NCBI GenBank assembly: GCA_011053135.1
Contig: DRLG01000303.1
Coordinates: 1-44,471, forward strand
Origin: Chromatiales bacterium
GTDB taxonomy: Bacteria > Pseudomonadota > Gammaproteobacteria > SZUA-140
Length of the DNA: 44,471 nt
Direction: 5' to 3'
Shown: one piece after another, positions 35,986 to 43,944 of the stretch
Layout of the letters: each line of letters opens with the position of its first letter
How positions within the stretch are numbered: position 1 is the stretch's first letter
Notes under the pieces: model-generated
Database searches by the model: none
What the model was told of the DNA's origin: nothing
What the model saw: the letters and a program-made list of their open reading frames with translations, nothing else
Translations under genes and position numbers: made by a program

Positions 35986-36765
35986 TCAACTAGGTTGCAC
36001 AGCTAAATGATCCTTATTCATTGATCGGATCAGTTTAATCTCACCGGGTACGACTGTTAAACCGATGGGGTTAGAAAAAGTGTTATCGTTATCGAGCTCT
36101 CCAAGCTTCATCGACAACAAGTCAGCAGGATCAAGCGGCGTGTCCGCATCTGCTGTACTGAGTGCCGCAACACGAAGTTCAGCATTGTAAAAATCAACTC
36201 CTTCCGGTAATGGCGGCAAGCGAGTCATGGACAAACCAAAATCACCCTTTGCATCTGCCTGAGCACGAAACGTTAACGTGCCGCTGAGCCCAGTGGCAAC
36301 CTCGAGTGTCAACAATGCCCAGGGCACTGAGTTGCTATTAGTAGAAAACCGCAGCGTGCCAGTAAGACCACCACTGACACCAAAACGGGTACCATACGGC
36401 GATGGATAAAGCTCTACAACCTGCCGCCCAAGGTTACCGGCTGTAAGGCTAAACGTGCGTGGGTTGTAACGCCCATTAAGATCCAGCACGCTACCCGCTA
36501 ACGGATAAGTAGCGCTTACAGGAAATGCCAAATCAGCTTCACTTGCAATACCGTTAATCATTGACTCAGTGGGACGCCGCCATAAAGCTGTCTTTCCAGC
36601 AGTATGCATAAGTTGCAAATTAGTAGGGCGCACTGAAAGTGAAAGTTCAATAGCATAGGGCAGACGCATCATATCTACCTGGTTCTCAGCACTGGTTCCG
36701 TCCAGCCAGTAGATCACATCACTTGCGTGTAGAATGTTGGTTTCAAGTATCTTTAGCGTGTTCAC
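35986..36765 (-). CDS. Hypothetical 259-aa protein between terminator and sheath (possible prealbumin/CarboxypepD_reg-like beta-sandwich)
   Basis: GTG start forms GTGA with the upstream stop. GTLRFSTNSNSVPWALLTLEVATGLSGTLTFRAQADAKGDFGLSMTRLPP loosely fits the G.v.d..g.P...A.v.l......tD..G.F.l..lp pattern. Weak assignment. Confidence 0.55.
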   Translation of the reverse strand: MNTLKILETNILHASDVIYWLDGTSAENQVDMMRLPYAIELSLSVRPTNLQLMHTAGKTALWRRPTESMINGIASEADLAFPVSATYPLAGSVLDLNGRYNPRTFSLTAGNLGRQVVELYPSPYGTRFGVSGGLTGTLRFSTNSNSVPWALLTLEVATGLSGTLTFRAQADAKGDFGLSMTRLPPLPEGVDFYNAELRVAALSTADADTPLDPADLLSMKLGELDNDNTFSNPIGLTVVPGEIKLIRSMNKDHLAVQPS

Positions 36766-37349
36766 AACGCGCCCCCAGGGAACACGCGTGTCACTACCGC
36801 TGGCCCCTCAGTACGCTGAGGATTCAGACGTAAGCGAATGGTACGCGCAACATACGGCACTGAACTCGTATAGGGTGATTCAAACACTTCCCAGATGCGC
36901 ATTAAATCTTCCGTAGACATCTCATCCGGAGTGATGTTTAGAACTTCTGTTTGGCCCCATTCATCATCGATATCCAGCACATGGGATACATCAAGCTGAC
37001 TAGCATTGGCAAGCTCAACCATTGCCCAGCTCATTAAATCTGCTTCGATGGTGGCACTATTCGCATTAGCGATCAGCAGGAAATGAAGATTAACCGGGAG
37101 CTCTGGATGACGACCATTTTCACTGGCACCCTGCTGAGGGAAAAAGCGTGCGCGGCCATGGGGATCAATAGTCATGCGATGCAAATATATACCAAGTATA
37201 TTTCCATTGAGCTTACTGGCAATATCCGAACTACCAAGTAGCTTTGCTTGCGCATTGGTTGGTTCGTTACTGAGGTCTGTTGGCAAGCGGCGTTTAAAAA
37301 ACTCCTCTAATGCCAACAATGCTCCTTGCACTCCCTTATACGAGGCCAC
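36762..37349 (-). CDS. DUF4255 tail terminator/cap protein (Afp16/Pvc16/Cis16-like); first gene of the operon
   Basis: 195 aa. ILGIYLHRMTIDPHGR...LPVNLHFLLIANA...EADLMSWAMVEL fits the DUF4255 pattern (l.lyLyrv..n...rn...ppl.L.LhYLlta....e..lL..am..l). GTG start at 37349 is preceded by AGGAGG with a 4-nt spacer. Confidence 0.65.
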   Translation of the reverse strand: MASYKGVQGALLALEEFFKRRLPTDLSNEPTNAQAKLLGSSDIASKLNGNILGIYLHRMTIDPHGRARFFPQQGASENGRHPELPVNLHFLLIANANSATIEADLMSWAMVELANASQLDVSHVLDIDDEWGQTEVLNITPDEMSTEDLMRIWEVFESPYTSSVPYVARTIRLRLNPQRTEGPAVVTRVFPGGAL

Positions 37350-38140
37350 ACTACCTCCTATGCCGGCTTCATTTTACTTTCTAAATAACCAAGTACAGCG
37401 CAACTCTACAATGCATTTTACTAATGAAATAAATTCTTTGCTGGCGTGCTAAAAAATAAACCCCAATAACACACAAAAATATTTATGCACCGAATTACTA
37501 GGTTATTTATAGCTCTAAAACTTTTTTATACTCTCCCTTCCACATTGAATCTAAACTATGAAAAAATTCTTTGCAAGCGATTTCACCTCACAACCACCTC
37601 AGTAAAGGTGCAATTATTATCCAAGTATTTTTCTGCCAGCGCATACTATAAAAATGCTACGACGACGGCTAAACTGCGTTAACTTATTTGAGTTATTTAT
37701 CCCTGCTAGAAAGGAAAACGAGCGTTATAGAATTAATCAGCCTTAATCAATGAAACGCAATTGTTGTACTTTTAACATCGCGTAATGATGCATGAAGAAA
37801 CAATGAATGTAGACAATAAACCCGCTGAGACAAGCTTTAATAGCACAGAAATTTCGACTGTTAATTTTCTCTGTTCGTAAAACTTAAATGTATATTGAAC
37901 GTAAAGGAATGCAGCCACCCATCATCGAACCATGTCCATTATTCACCATAATCATCATTTCATTCACCTCGCCTCTAAGTACCCCCTTATTAATTGCCTT
38001 GTCTGTCATGACGAGCAAATCGTAATGGGCTGGAAATCCAGCTCCTTCAGGGCGGGTTAGATGAACCATTGAGTTGAGCGATTACTTCGTTACTTCACTC
38101 CTCTTTATGACAATCAATCAGAGGTTTCCACGCTATTTTC

Positions 38141-38210
38141 TGGCTCCCATGCTCCTGCGTGTAACCCCATATCATCAGTATGCGTTCCCACGGGGAACCG
38201 TGGGAACAAG
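38141..38210. repeat. REP-like double-hairpin intergenic repeat, copy A (downstream of cusF)
   Basis: Shares the cores CCATATCATC[A/G]GTATG[C/T]GTTCCC and CCGTGGGAAC with copy B. Contains a perfect 10-bp stem GTTCCCACGG / CCGTGGGAAC (38184-38207) with loop GGAA. On the transcribed (minus) strand no U-tract follows it. Confidence 0.6.
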
Positions 38211-38218
38211 TCTATCTA

Positions 38219-38569
38219 TCACTGTACTTCAATATTGGTAATCACATAGCGTTTGCCCCCTGTTTCGATAAACTCAAAATCCACTTTATCGCCAACTTCA
38301 ACTTCATCCAGCAGTTCTGCATCGTCTACAACGAAAAACATCTTCATACCCATCCAGCCGATGCTTTTAATGGGGCCGTGTTTGAGTTCTATCTTTTTGG
38401 CTTTACTGTCAATGGCGGTAACTGTACCAACACCATGGTGGATTTGGTTAGAAGCCAGCATCAGAGTTTGCTTTGAAAAGGTGTTTTCGGCGTTGACCTG
38501 TATCGGTGCTATGAAGGCTCCTAGTGCTAGAACGGTCATTGATGCTGCAATGATTGATTTCAGTTTCAT
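38219..38569 (-). CDS. cusF: Periplasmic Cu(I)/Ag(I) metallochaperone CusF
   Basis: 116 aa with a signal peptide (MKLKSIIAASMTVLALGAFIAPIQVNA). GVGTVTAIDSKAKKIELKHGPIKSIGWMGMKMFF...VGDKVDFEF aligns with E. coli CusF, including the H...W.M.M metal site. Confidence 0.85.
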   Translation of the reverse strand: MKLKSIIAASMTVLALGAFIAPIQVNAENTFSKQTLMLASNQIHHGVGTVTAIDSKAKKIELKHGPIKSIGWMGMKMFFVVDDAELLDEVEVGDKVDFEFIETGGKRYVITNIEVQ

Positions 38570-38595
38570 TGTTTTATTCCTCTTTGTTTTATTTC

Positions 38596-38663
38596 TGGTT
38601 CCCTCGCTCCAGCGAGGGAACCCATATCATCGGTATGTGTTCCCCGGAGGTCCGTGGGAACGA
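38596..38663. repeat. REP-like double-hairpin intergenic repeat, copy B (between cusA and cusF)
   Basis: Perfect 12-bp stem GGTTCCCTCGCT / AGCGAGGGAACC (38596-38621). Then the shared core CCATATCATCGGTATGTGTTCCC, and a bulged second hairpin ending CCGTGGGAAC (38638-38660). Confidence 0.6.
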
Positions 38664-38674
38664 GCGTAAAGGCG

Positions 38675-41600
38675 TTATGTCATCTCTTGCTCCTCCCTAA
38701 GTTGTTTATTGCTGCTGCGCAACGACCATCCTTTCCAGATGGCGAAAACAGCGGGGAACAAGACCAAAACTGTGATCAGCGCCGAGGCAACACCACCCAC
38801 CATCGGTGCGGCGATGCGCTTCATCACATCCGCGCCGGTGCCGTCGCTCCAGAGGATGGGGATCAACCCTAACAACAACGCCAGGCCCGTCATGAGCATG
38901 GGGCGGATGCGCCGTCCTGCACCTTCGGTGATCACTTCCAGCAGGTCTTGTTGTGTCTGCAATCGCCCATCGGCCTGCCGTTGGCGGTAGACCATGCCGA
39001 GATACAACATCATCAACACGCCCATCGCGGTGTCTACTCCCGCCAGCGCGATCATGCCGACCCATACGGCAACACTGAGGTTGTAGTCCAACCACGCGAG
39101 CAGCCACACCGCACCAATTAGCGAGAAAGGCACGGCCAGCAAAATGATGAGCGACTCTACGACTGATTTGCGGTTGATGAAGAGCATAAAAAAAATGATG
39201 AACAGGGTCAGCGGTACAACGACCATGAGCTTGGCCTTGGCCCGTTCGAAGTATTTGAACTGCCCCGCCCAGTCGAGGCGATAACCGGGCGGTACCTCGG
39301 CCTGTTCTGCTACGACCTGTTTAGCCGCTGCCACGTAGTCGGCGATGCCGATCTTGTCGTTAACATCAACAAAAACGTAACCCACCAACTGACCGTTTTC
39401 ATTGCGCAACATCGGCGGGCCGGTACGAAAATTCAGCTCGGCCAGTTGTGCCAGCGGAATTTGCGCACCCGTAGGTGTCGGCACCAATACCCGTCTCAGC
39501 GCTTGCGGATTGTCACGAAAGTCACGGGCATAACGCAGGTTGATGGCGTAACGCTCACGCCTTTCCACTGTTTCAGAAACCGTCATGCCACCCACTGCCG
39601 CCATGATCACATCTTCCACGTCGGCAATGGTGAGACCATAGCGGGCGATTTTTTTGCGGTCGATATCGAAGTCGAGAAAATAACCGCCACTGATGCGTTC
39701 GGCAAAGGCACTGCGGGTATAGGGCGCGGTGCGCTCATCATCCTGCAATGCCTGTTCGATACGGATGCCGGTCGCTTCCACCGTTTCCAGGTCATCGCCA
39801 AACACCTTGATACCCAGCGTTGAACGGATACCCGTAGCCAACATCTCGGTGCGGGTCTGGATAGGCATCCACCAGACGTTGGGCATACCGGGATAGCGCA
39901 GTTGCTCATCCATCTCGGCGAGCAGGCTCTCCCAGGTGACACCCTCACGCCACTGATCTTTCGGTTTGAAGGTGACGACTATTTCAGCCATCGAGAGCGG
40001 CGCCGGATCGGTGGGACTGGTGGATCGCCCCATCTTGCCAAACACGCGTTCAACTTCAGGAAAGGATTTCAGTTCCTTGTCCATCGCGTGTAACACTTTG
40101 CCCGCCTCAGTGATGGACATGCCCGGCACGGCCGTCGGCATGTAGAGAATGCTGCCCTCGTTCAGCGGTGGCATGAACTCGTTGCCCAGTTCCAGAAACA
40201 CCGGAACCGTGGCCACCAAGGCGGCGATAGCCCCACCAACAACCCACCAGCGCAACTTCACTGCCCATCGAACAATGGGCGTATAGACCGCCACCAATGC
40301 CCGATTGATCCAACTTTTATCACCACGAATCTTGCCGCGAATCAACAACACCGCCAGGGCTGGCGTGAAGGTGATCGCCAGCAAAGCAGCAAATCCCATG
40401 GAATAGGTCTTGGTATAGGCGAGCGGTTTGAACAGGCGACCCTCGGTACCTTCCAGGGCGAAGACCGGCAGGAAAGAGACTGTAATGATTAACAGTGAGA
40501 AGAAGATACTCGGCCCCACCTCCTGCATGGCGCGGATGATCACGTCGGTGCGGCTGCCCTGTTCGCTCCACTCTTCCAACCGTTTATGAATGTTCTCGAT
40601 CATCACGATGGAAGCATCCACCATCGCACCGATGGCCACGGCAATACCACCCAGGGACATGATGTTGGCCGTCAGATTTTGCCCGGACATAGGGATAAAC
40701 GACAACAGAATCGCCACGGGTAACGTGAGAATGGCGATCAGCGCTGAGCGGAAGTGCAGCAGGAAGACCATGATGATGAGCGACACCACAATCATCTCCT
40801 CGGTGAGGGTGTGCTTCAGTGTGTCGATGGCCTGCTTGATCAGCTCAGAGCGGTCGTAGACGGTGATAATCTCCACGCCTTCTGGTAGCGCCGCCTGTGC
40901 TTCGACCAGCCGTTGTTTGACCCGTTCGATCACCCCCAAGGCATCTTCGCCATAGCGCATCACCACTGTGCCACCTACCACTTCGCCTTCACCATCCAGC
41001 TCGGCCACGCCCCGGCGCATGGCTGGGCCGAGGCTGATCACTGCCACGTCTTTCAACAAGATGGGTACACCGCGCTTACCGACACCGATGGCGATCGCTT
41101 CAATATCCCTTTTGTTCTCGATATAACCCCGACCACGAATAAACTGCTCATGACCCGCGATCTCCAACACCCGTCCACCAATGTCGTTGTTGGAACGGCG
41201 CACTGACTCAGCGACCTTTTTCAGAGGAATACCGTAGGCCGCCAGTTTGTTCGGATCGAGCAGAATCTGGTACTCCTTGACGAAGCCACCCACCGAGGCG
41301 ACTTCCGCCACGCCCTCTACCGACTCCAGCCAGTAGCGCAGTTTGAAATCCTGCAAGCTGCGCAGCTCAGCCAGGTTGTGGTTGCCGGGTTTGTCCACCA
41401 GGGCATATTGAAACACCCAACCGACACCCGTGGCATCCGGGCCAAGGGTTGGCTGCACATCATCTGGCAATTTGCCCTGCGCTGAGTTGAGGTATTCCAG
41501 CACCCGCGAACGTGCCCAGTAGATGTCGGTGCCTTCATCGAAAATCACGTAGACAAAAGAGAGGCCCATGTAACTCTGGCCACGCACAGACTGTACTTTT

Positions 41601-41863
41601 GGTGCCGCCAACAGGGTGGTACTGAGCGGGTAGGTGATCTGATCCTCCACCAGATCGGGACTGCGCCCCGGCCACTCTGTGTAGATAATCACCTGCACAT
41701 CGGAGAGATCGGGGATGGCATCCAGTGGCGTATCAAGCAGTGATTTATAACCCCAGCAGGTTGCCGCAATCACAACAAGCAACGTCAATAGCTGATTTCG
41801 TGCGCAGTAGTTAATAATCCACTCAATGGGGCCATGGCCGGAAGTATTGGGTTCCTTTACCAT
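38675..41863 (-). CDS. cusA: Heavy-metal efflux RND pump, CusA/CzcA family
   Basis: 1062 aa. The length and 12-TM RND organisation are typical of CusA/CzcA (N-terminus IEWIINYCARN...PDLSDVQVIIYTEWPGRSPDLVEDQITYPL). Flanked by cusB and cusF. Confidence 0.9.
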   Translation of the reverse strand: MVKEPNTSGHGPIEWIINYCARNQLLTLLVVIAATCWGYKSLLDTPLDAIPDLSDVQVIIYTEWPGRSPDLVEDQITYPLSTTLLAAPKVQSVRGQSYMGLSFVYVIFDEGTDIYWARSRVLEYLNSAQGKLPDDVQPTLGPDATGVGWVFQYALVDKPGNHNLAELRSLQDFKLRYWLESVEGVAEVASVGGFVKEYQILLDPNKLAAYGIPLKKVAESVRRSNNDIGGRVLEIAGHEQFIRGRGYIENKRDIEAIAIGVGKRGVPILLKDVAVISLGPAMRRGVAELDGEGEVVGGTVVMRYGEDALGVIERVKQRLVEAQAALPEGVEIITVYDRSELIKQAIDTLKHTLTEEMIVVSLIIMVFLLHFRSALIAILTLPVAILLSFIPMSGQNLTANIMSLGGIAVAIGAMVDASIVMIENIHKRLEEWSEQGSRTDVIIRAMQEVGPSIFFSLLIITVSFLPVFALEGTEGRLFKPLAYTKTYSMGFAALLAITFTPALAVLLIRGKIRGDKSWINRALVAVYTPIVRWAVKLRWWVVGGAIAALVATVPVFLELGNEFMPPLNEGSILYMPTAVPGMSITEAGKVLHAMDKELKSFPEVERVFGKMGRSTSPTDPAPLSMAEIVVTFKPKDQWREGVTWESLLAEMDEQLRYPGMPNVWWMPIQTRTEMLATGIRSTLGIKVFGDDLETVEATGIRIEQALQDDERTAPYTRSAFAERISGGYFLDFDIDRKKIARYGLTIADVEDVIMAAVGGMTVSETVERRERYAINLRYARDFRDNPQALRRVLVPTPTGAQIPLAQLAELNFRTGPPMLRNENGQLVGYVFVDVNDKIGIADYVAAAKQVVAEQAEVPPGYRLDWAGQFKYFERAKAKLMVVVPLTLFIIFFMLFINRKSVVESLIILLAVPFSLIGAVWLLAWLDYNLSVAVWVGMIALAGVDTAMGVLMMLYLGMVYRQRQADGRLQTQQDLLEVITEGAGRRIRPMLMTGLALLLGLIPILWSDGTGADVMKRIAAPMVGGVASALITVLVLFPAVFAIWKGWSLRSSNKQLREEQEMT

Positions 41864-43290
41864 GACTCAACCCCCGCTTTCAGTTTGCTCTCGGCGGCAA
41901 TGAGAAAGTTACCGGAGGTAACGACGTTATCACCGGCTTCCAACCCCTCCAGCACCTCGATCCACTTACGGTTACGCTGGCCGGTCTTGATCTTGCGCGG
42001 TGCCAGGCGGCCATCACCCAGATCGAGAAACACAATGCGGTTTCGTCCCGAGTAGAGCACGGCTGATTCCGGCACCACCAAACGCTTGCCCAGTTTCGCC
42101 TTGAGCGTGAGCTGGACATACATGTTCGGGCGCAGGAAACCATCACTGTTTTCCAATACCACACGGACACGGGCGGTGTGAGTATCGCCTTCCATGAAGG
42201 GGTAGATAAAATCGATCTTGCCCCTGAGCGCCCTATCCTGCAACTCGGGCAGAACCACCTTGGCTTTCATGCCGCGTTTAATCAGTGGCAATTCATAGTC
42301 ATAGACCTGAGCCTCGACCCACACCCGTGACAGGTCAGCAATACGCAAGAGTTGTTGCCCCGTGTGAAAGGCAGAACCGGCAACGATCTGCTTGTCGATA
42401 ACAATGCCGCTGGCGGGAGCCAGAATAGCAATATACTCCTGTGCTTTTCCGCGTTTTTCCAGTGTTTTGATCTGGGTTTCACTGATACCCCATAACCGGA
42501 GTCTGCGACGCGCAGCCTCACGCATCTTCCCATCTGCACGGCGCTTGAAAATCTCCAGATACTCTTCCTGTGCGGTCAACAGTTCTGGACTGTAAACAGT
42601 AAATAACGGCTCGCCTTTTTTTACTGACTTTCCGATGGCGTTGGCATGGAGTTCACCGATCCAGCCGCCGAACTTCAATGCCACATCGCTCAGCCGGGTT
42701 TCGTCATAGGTCACACTGCCAGCCGCACGGATCGTGATACGCAGTCTCTTCTGTTTGACGCGACCAGTAGTCATGCCGATCAACTGGCGGCGAGCCGGAT
42801 CGACTCGAACCGTGCCAGGGAGATCGGCCCCCCTTCCAATACCAGAGCCACCACAGGTGGCACAGCGCAAACCCTTGCGTCCGGTAGCCAAATCAAAGGT
42901 GATACTGCCTTTTCCCGCCTCAGCCTCGATCTCAACAGTCAGCGGCCATTCGCCACCCATGGAAGGTTGAAAAATACCTTCGTACTGGCCCACCTCGATC
43001 TCGCGCATCGAAGCCGGGGCGTACATCGCAGGCATACTGCCCATAGCTGGCATCACCGCCACGGCCTTGAGCACCGCACCAGACAAAGGCTGTCCCGTCT
43101 CATCCTGCAGCCAGATCGTCACCCGGTTTTTACCCACCTTCGGGGTCTCTGGGTCAAGCGCTGCTCGTACCTTGAAGAGGCCTGCCTCATGAAAGCCAGC
43201 AGGGCTCATTTCAGCGACAGCGGTGCCACTGATGGTAATGCACAAGAAACAAAGTAAACGCCAGCCTGGAAAATAAAATTTGTTCTGCAT
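41857..43290 (-). CDS. cusB: RND efflux periplasmic adaptor (membrane fusion protein), CusB-like
   Basis: 477 aa with a signal or anchor sequence. Met-rich N-terminal domain (AVMPAMGSMPAMYAPASM). C-terminus LVVPESAVLYSGRNRIVFLDLGDGRLAPRKIKTGQRNRKWIEVLEGLEAGDNVVTSGNFLIAAESKL is the typical MFP beta-barrel/MP domain. Overlaps the cusA start by 7 nt. Confidence 0.85.
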   Translation of the reverse strand: MQNKFYFPGWRLLCFLCITISGTAVAEMSPAGFHEAGLFKVRAALDPETPKVGKNRVTIWLQDETGQPLSGAVLKAVAVMPAMGSMPAMYAPASMREIEVGQYEGIFQPSMGGEWPLTVEIEAEAGKGSITFDLATGRKGLRCATCGGSGIGRGADLPGTVRVDPARRQLIGMTTGRVKQKRLRITIRAAGSVTYDETRLSDVALKFGGWIGELHANAIGKSVKKGEPLFTVYSPELLTAQEEYLEIFKRRADGKMREAARRRLRLWGISETQIKTLEKRGKAQEYIAILAPASGIVIDKQIVAGSAFHTGQQLLRIADLSRVWVEAQVYDYELPLIKRGMKAKVVLPELQDRALRGKIDFIYPFMEGDTHTARVRVVLENSDGFLRPNMYVQLTLKAKLGKRLVVPESAVLYSGRNRIVFLDLGDGRLAPRKIKTGQRNRKWIEVLEGLEAGDNVVTSGNFLIAAESKLKAGVESW

Positions 43291-43421
43291 ATAAACACCT
43301 TCGTTATAAATTCTTTACAAACTGGGTTTTCAGCGCGCGCAACAGCGTCGCGAGGATAAACCCAGACGTGAATCAGCGCTCTGCGCCTTTCTTCAAGCGC
43401 GGAGTACAAACGAAGGTGTGA
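43291..43421 (-). promoter_or_regulatory. Structured intercistronic leader; an 11-bp inverted repeat can sequester the cusB Shine-Dalgarno
   Basis: ACACCTTCGTT (43295-43305) and AACGAAGGTGT (43409-43419) are exact reverse complements 103 nt apart. On the mRNA, the 3' arm contains the cusB SD (AAGGUG, 5 nt before AUG). The 5' arm follows the upstream stop codon after 2 nt. Inner hairpins are CUGGGUUU/AAACCCAG and GCGCUU/AGGCGC. Confidence 0.35.
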
Positions 43422-43868
43422 TCAAATACGGAAGCGGCGGGTCAGCAGATAAACCGGCTGATCGAGGAGTCGAATAGAAGAATCAGGAACAAAATAAACA
43501 ACATGATTTGCTGGAATAATTTCAGAGAAATCATATGAAACCAGCAGGGGCGGCGGTTGTGCCGCATCGAGCATTAAAACCTGTTGAGATTGAGCGCTGG
43601 CACCTGATGCCTGAGTTACCTGGGACTGTTCGTAGGTGACATCACAACATCCACCACCCACCATGGCAGACTGATCCTGACACGCGCCATCCATCTCACA
43701 ACCCATCATGCCCATGTCGCCCAGCTCATCGCAGCAACAGACCATACTGGGGCGCTCATAGTCATACGCCATCAATTCGCAGGCATACAGTGTCTGGAAC
43801 TGTGTCAGTGGCCCCATCAGCAGAAGCAAGGCGACAATGAGTTGGCGAATGGACCGGTCTCTTATCAT
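43422..43868 (-). CDS. Small secreted Cys/Met-rich protein, putative metal-binding accessory protein (first gene of the efflux operon)
   Basis: 148 aa. N-terminal hydrophobic signal-like segment (QLIVALLLLMGPL). It contains 8 Cys and many Met: YACELMAYDYERPSMVCCCDELGDMGMMGCEMDGACQDQSAMVGGGCCD. No family recognised. Confidence 0.6.
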   Translation of the reverse strand: MIRDRSIRQLIVALLLLMGPLTQFQTLYACELMAYDYERPSMVCCCDELGDMGMMGCEMDGACQDQSAMVGGGCCDVTYEQSQVTQASGASAQSQQVLMLDAAQPPPLLVSYDFSEIIPANHVVYFVPDSSIRLLDQPVYLLTRRFRI

Positions 43869-43944
43869 GGCTCTATGCTAACCCGCGCAAGTCGCTCAAA
43901 CAACGCCTGATCGGGGTGATTTCAATCGAATTCATTCCCGGTAT

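Noticed and set aside
37485-38069. ORFs 37485-37682 (+) and 37884-38069 (-) in the AT-rich upstream region as small regulators
   Set aside because: No RBS and no recognisable motif. Their composition is as expected from random AT-rich sequence, so they were left uncalled.
38184-38207. Perfect 10-bp hairpin after cusF as a rho-independent terminator
   Set aside because: On the transcribed (minus) strand the stem is followed by GCAUACUGAUGAU, not a U-tract, and the same element recurs upstream of cusF. It is treated as a REP-like repeat instead.
37350-38218. Looked for a direct repeat of the tRNA-Leu 3' end (att site) and for an integrase, to call the CIS locus an integrated island
   Set aside because: No copy of GGTTCAAGTCCTCTCCTCGGCACCA, or a substantial part of it, is visible at the far border, and there is no integrase or transposase ORF in the window. 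tRNA adjacency alone is only suggestive.
1866-43257. Many plus-strand ORFs of 60-200 aa inside the minus-strand genes (for example 1866-2438, 10168-10614, 30303-30770, 42646-43257)
   Set aside because: All are antisense shadows of long, well-supported minus-strand genes. Their compositions mirror the sense strand: 10168-10614, for instance, is the Ser/Leu-rich complement of the acidic toxin N-terminus. No motifs or RBSs were seen.
43869-43944. MerR/CueR-type operator (dyad within a 19-20-bp-spacer promoter) upstream of the efflux operon
   Set aside because: Only a weak TTGAAA -35-like hexamer and a GAATTC-centred imperfect palindrome are present. There is no ACCTTCC/GGAAGGT-type dyad with correct spacing.
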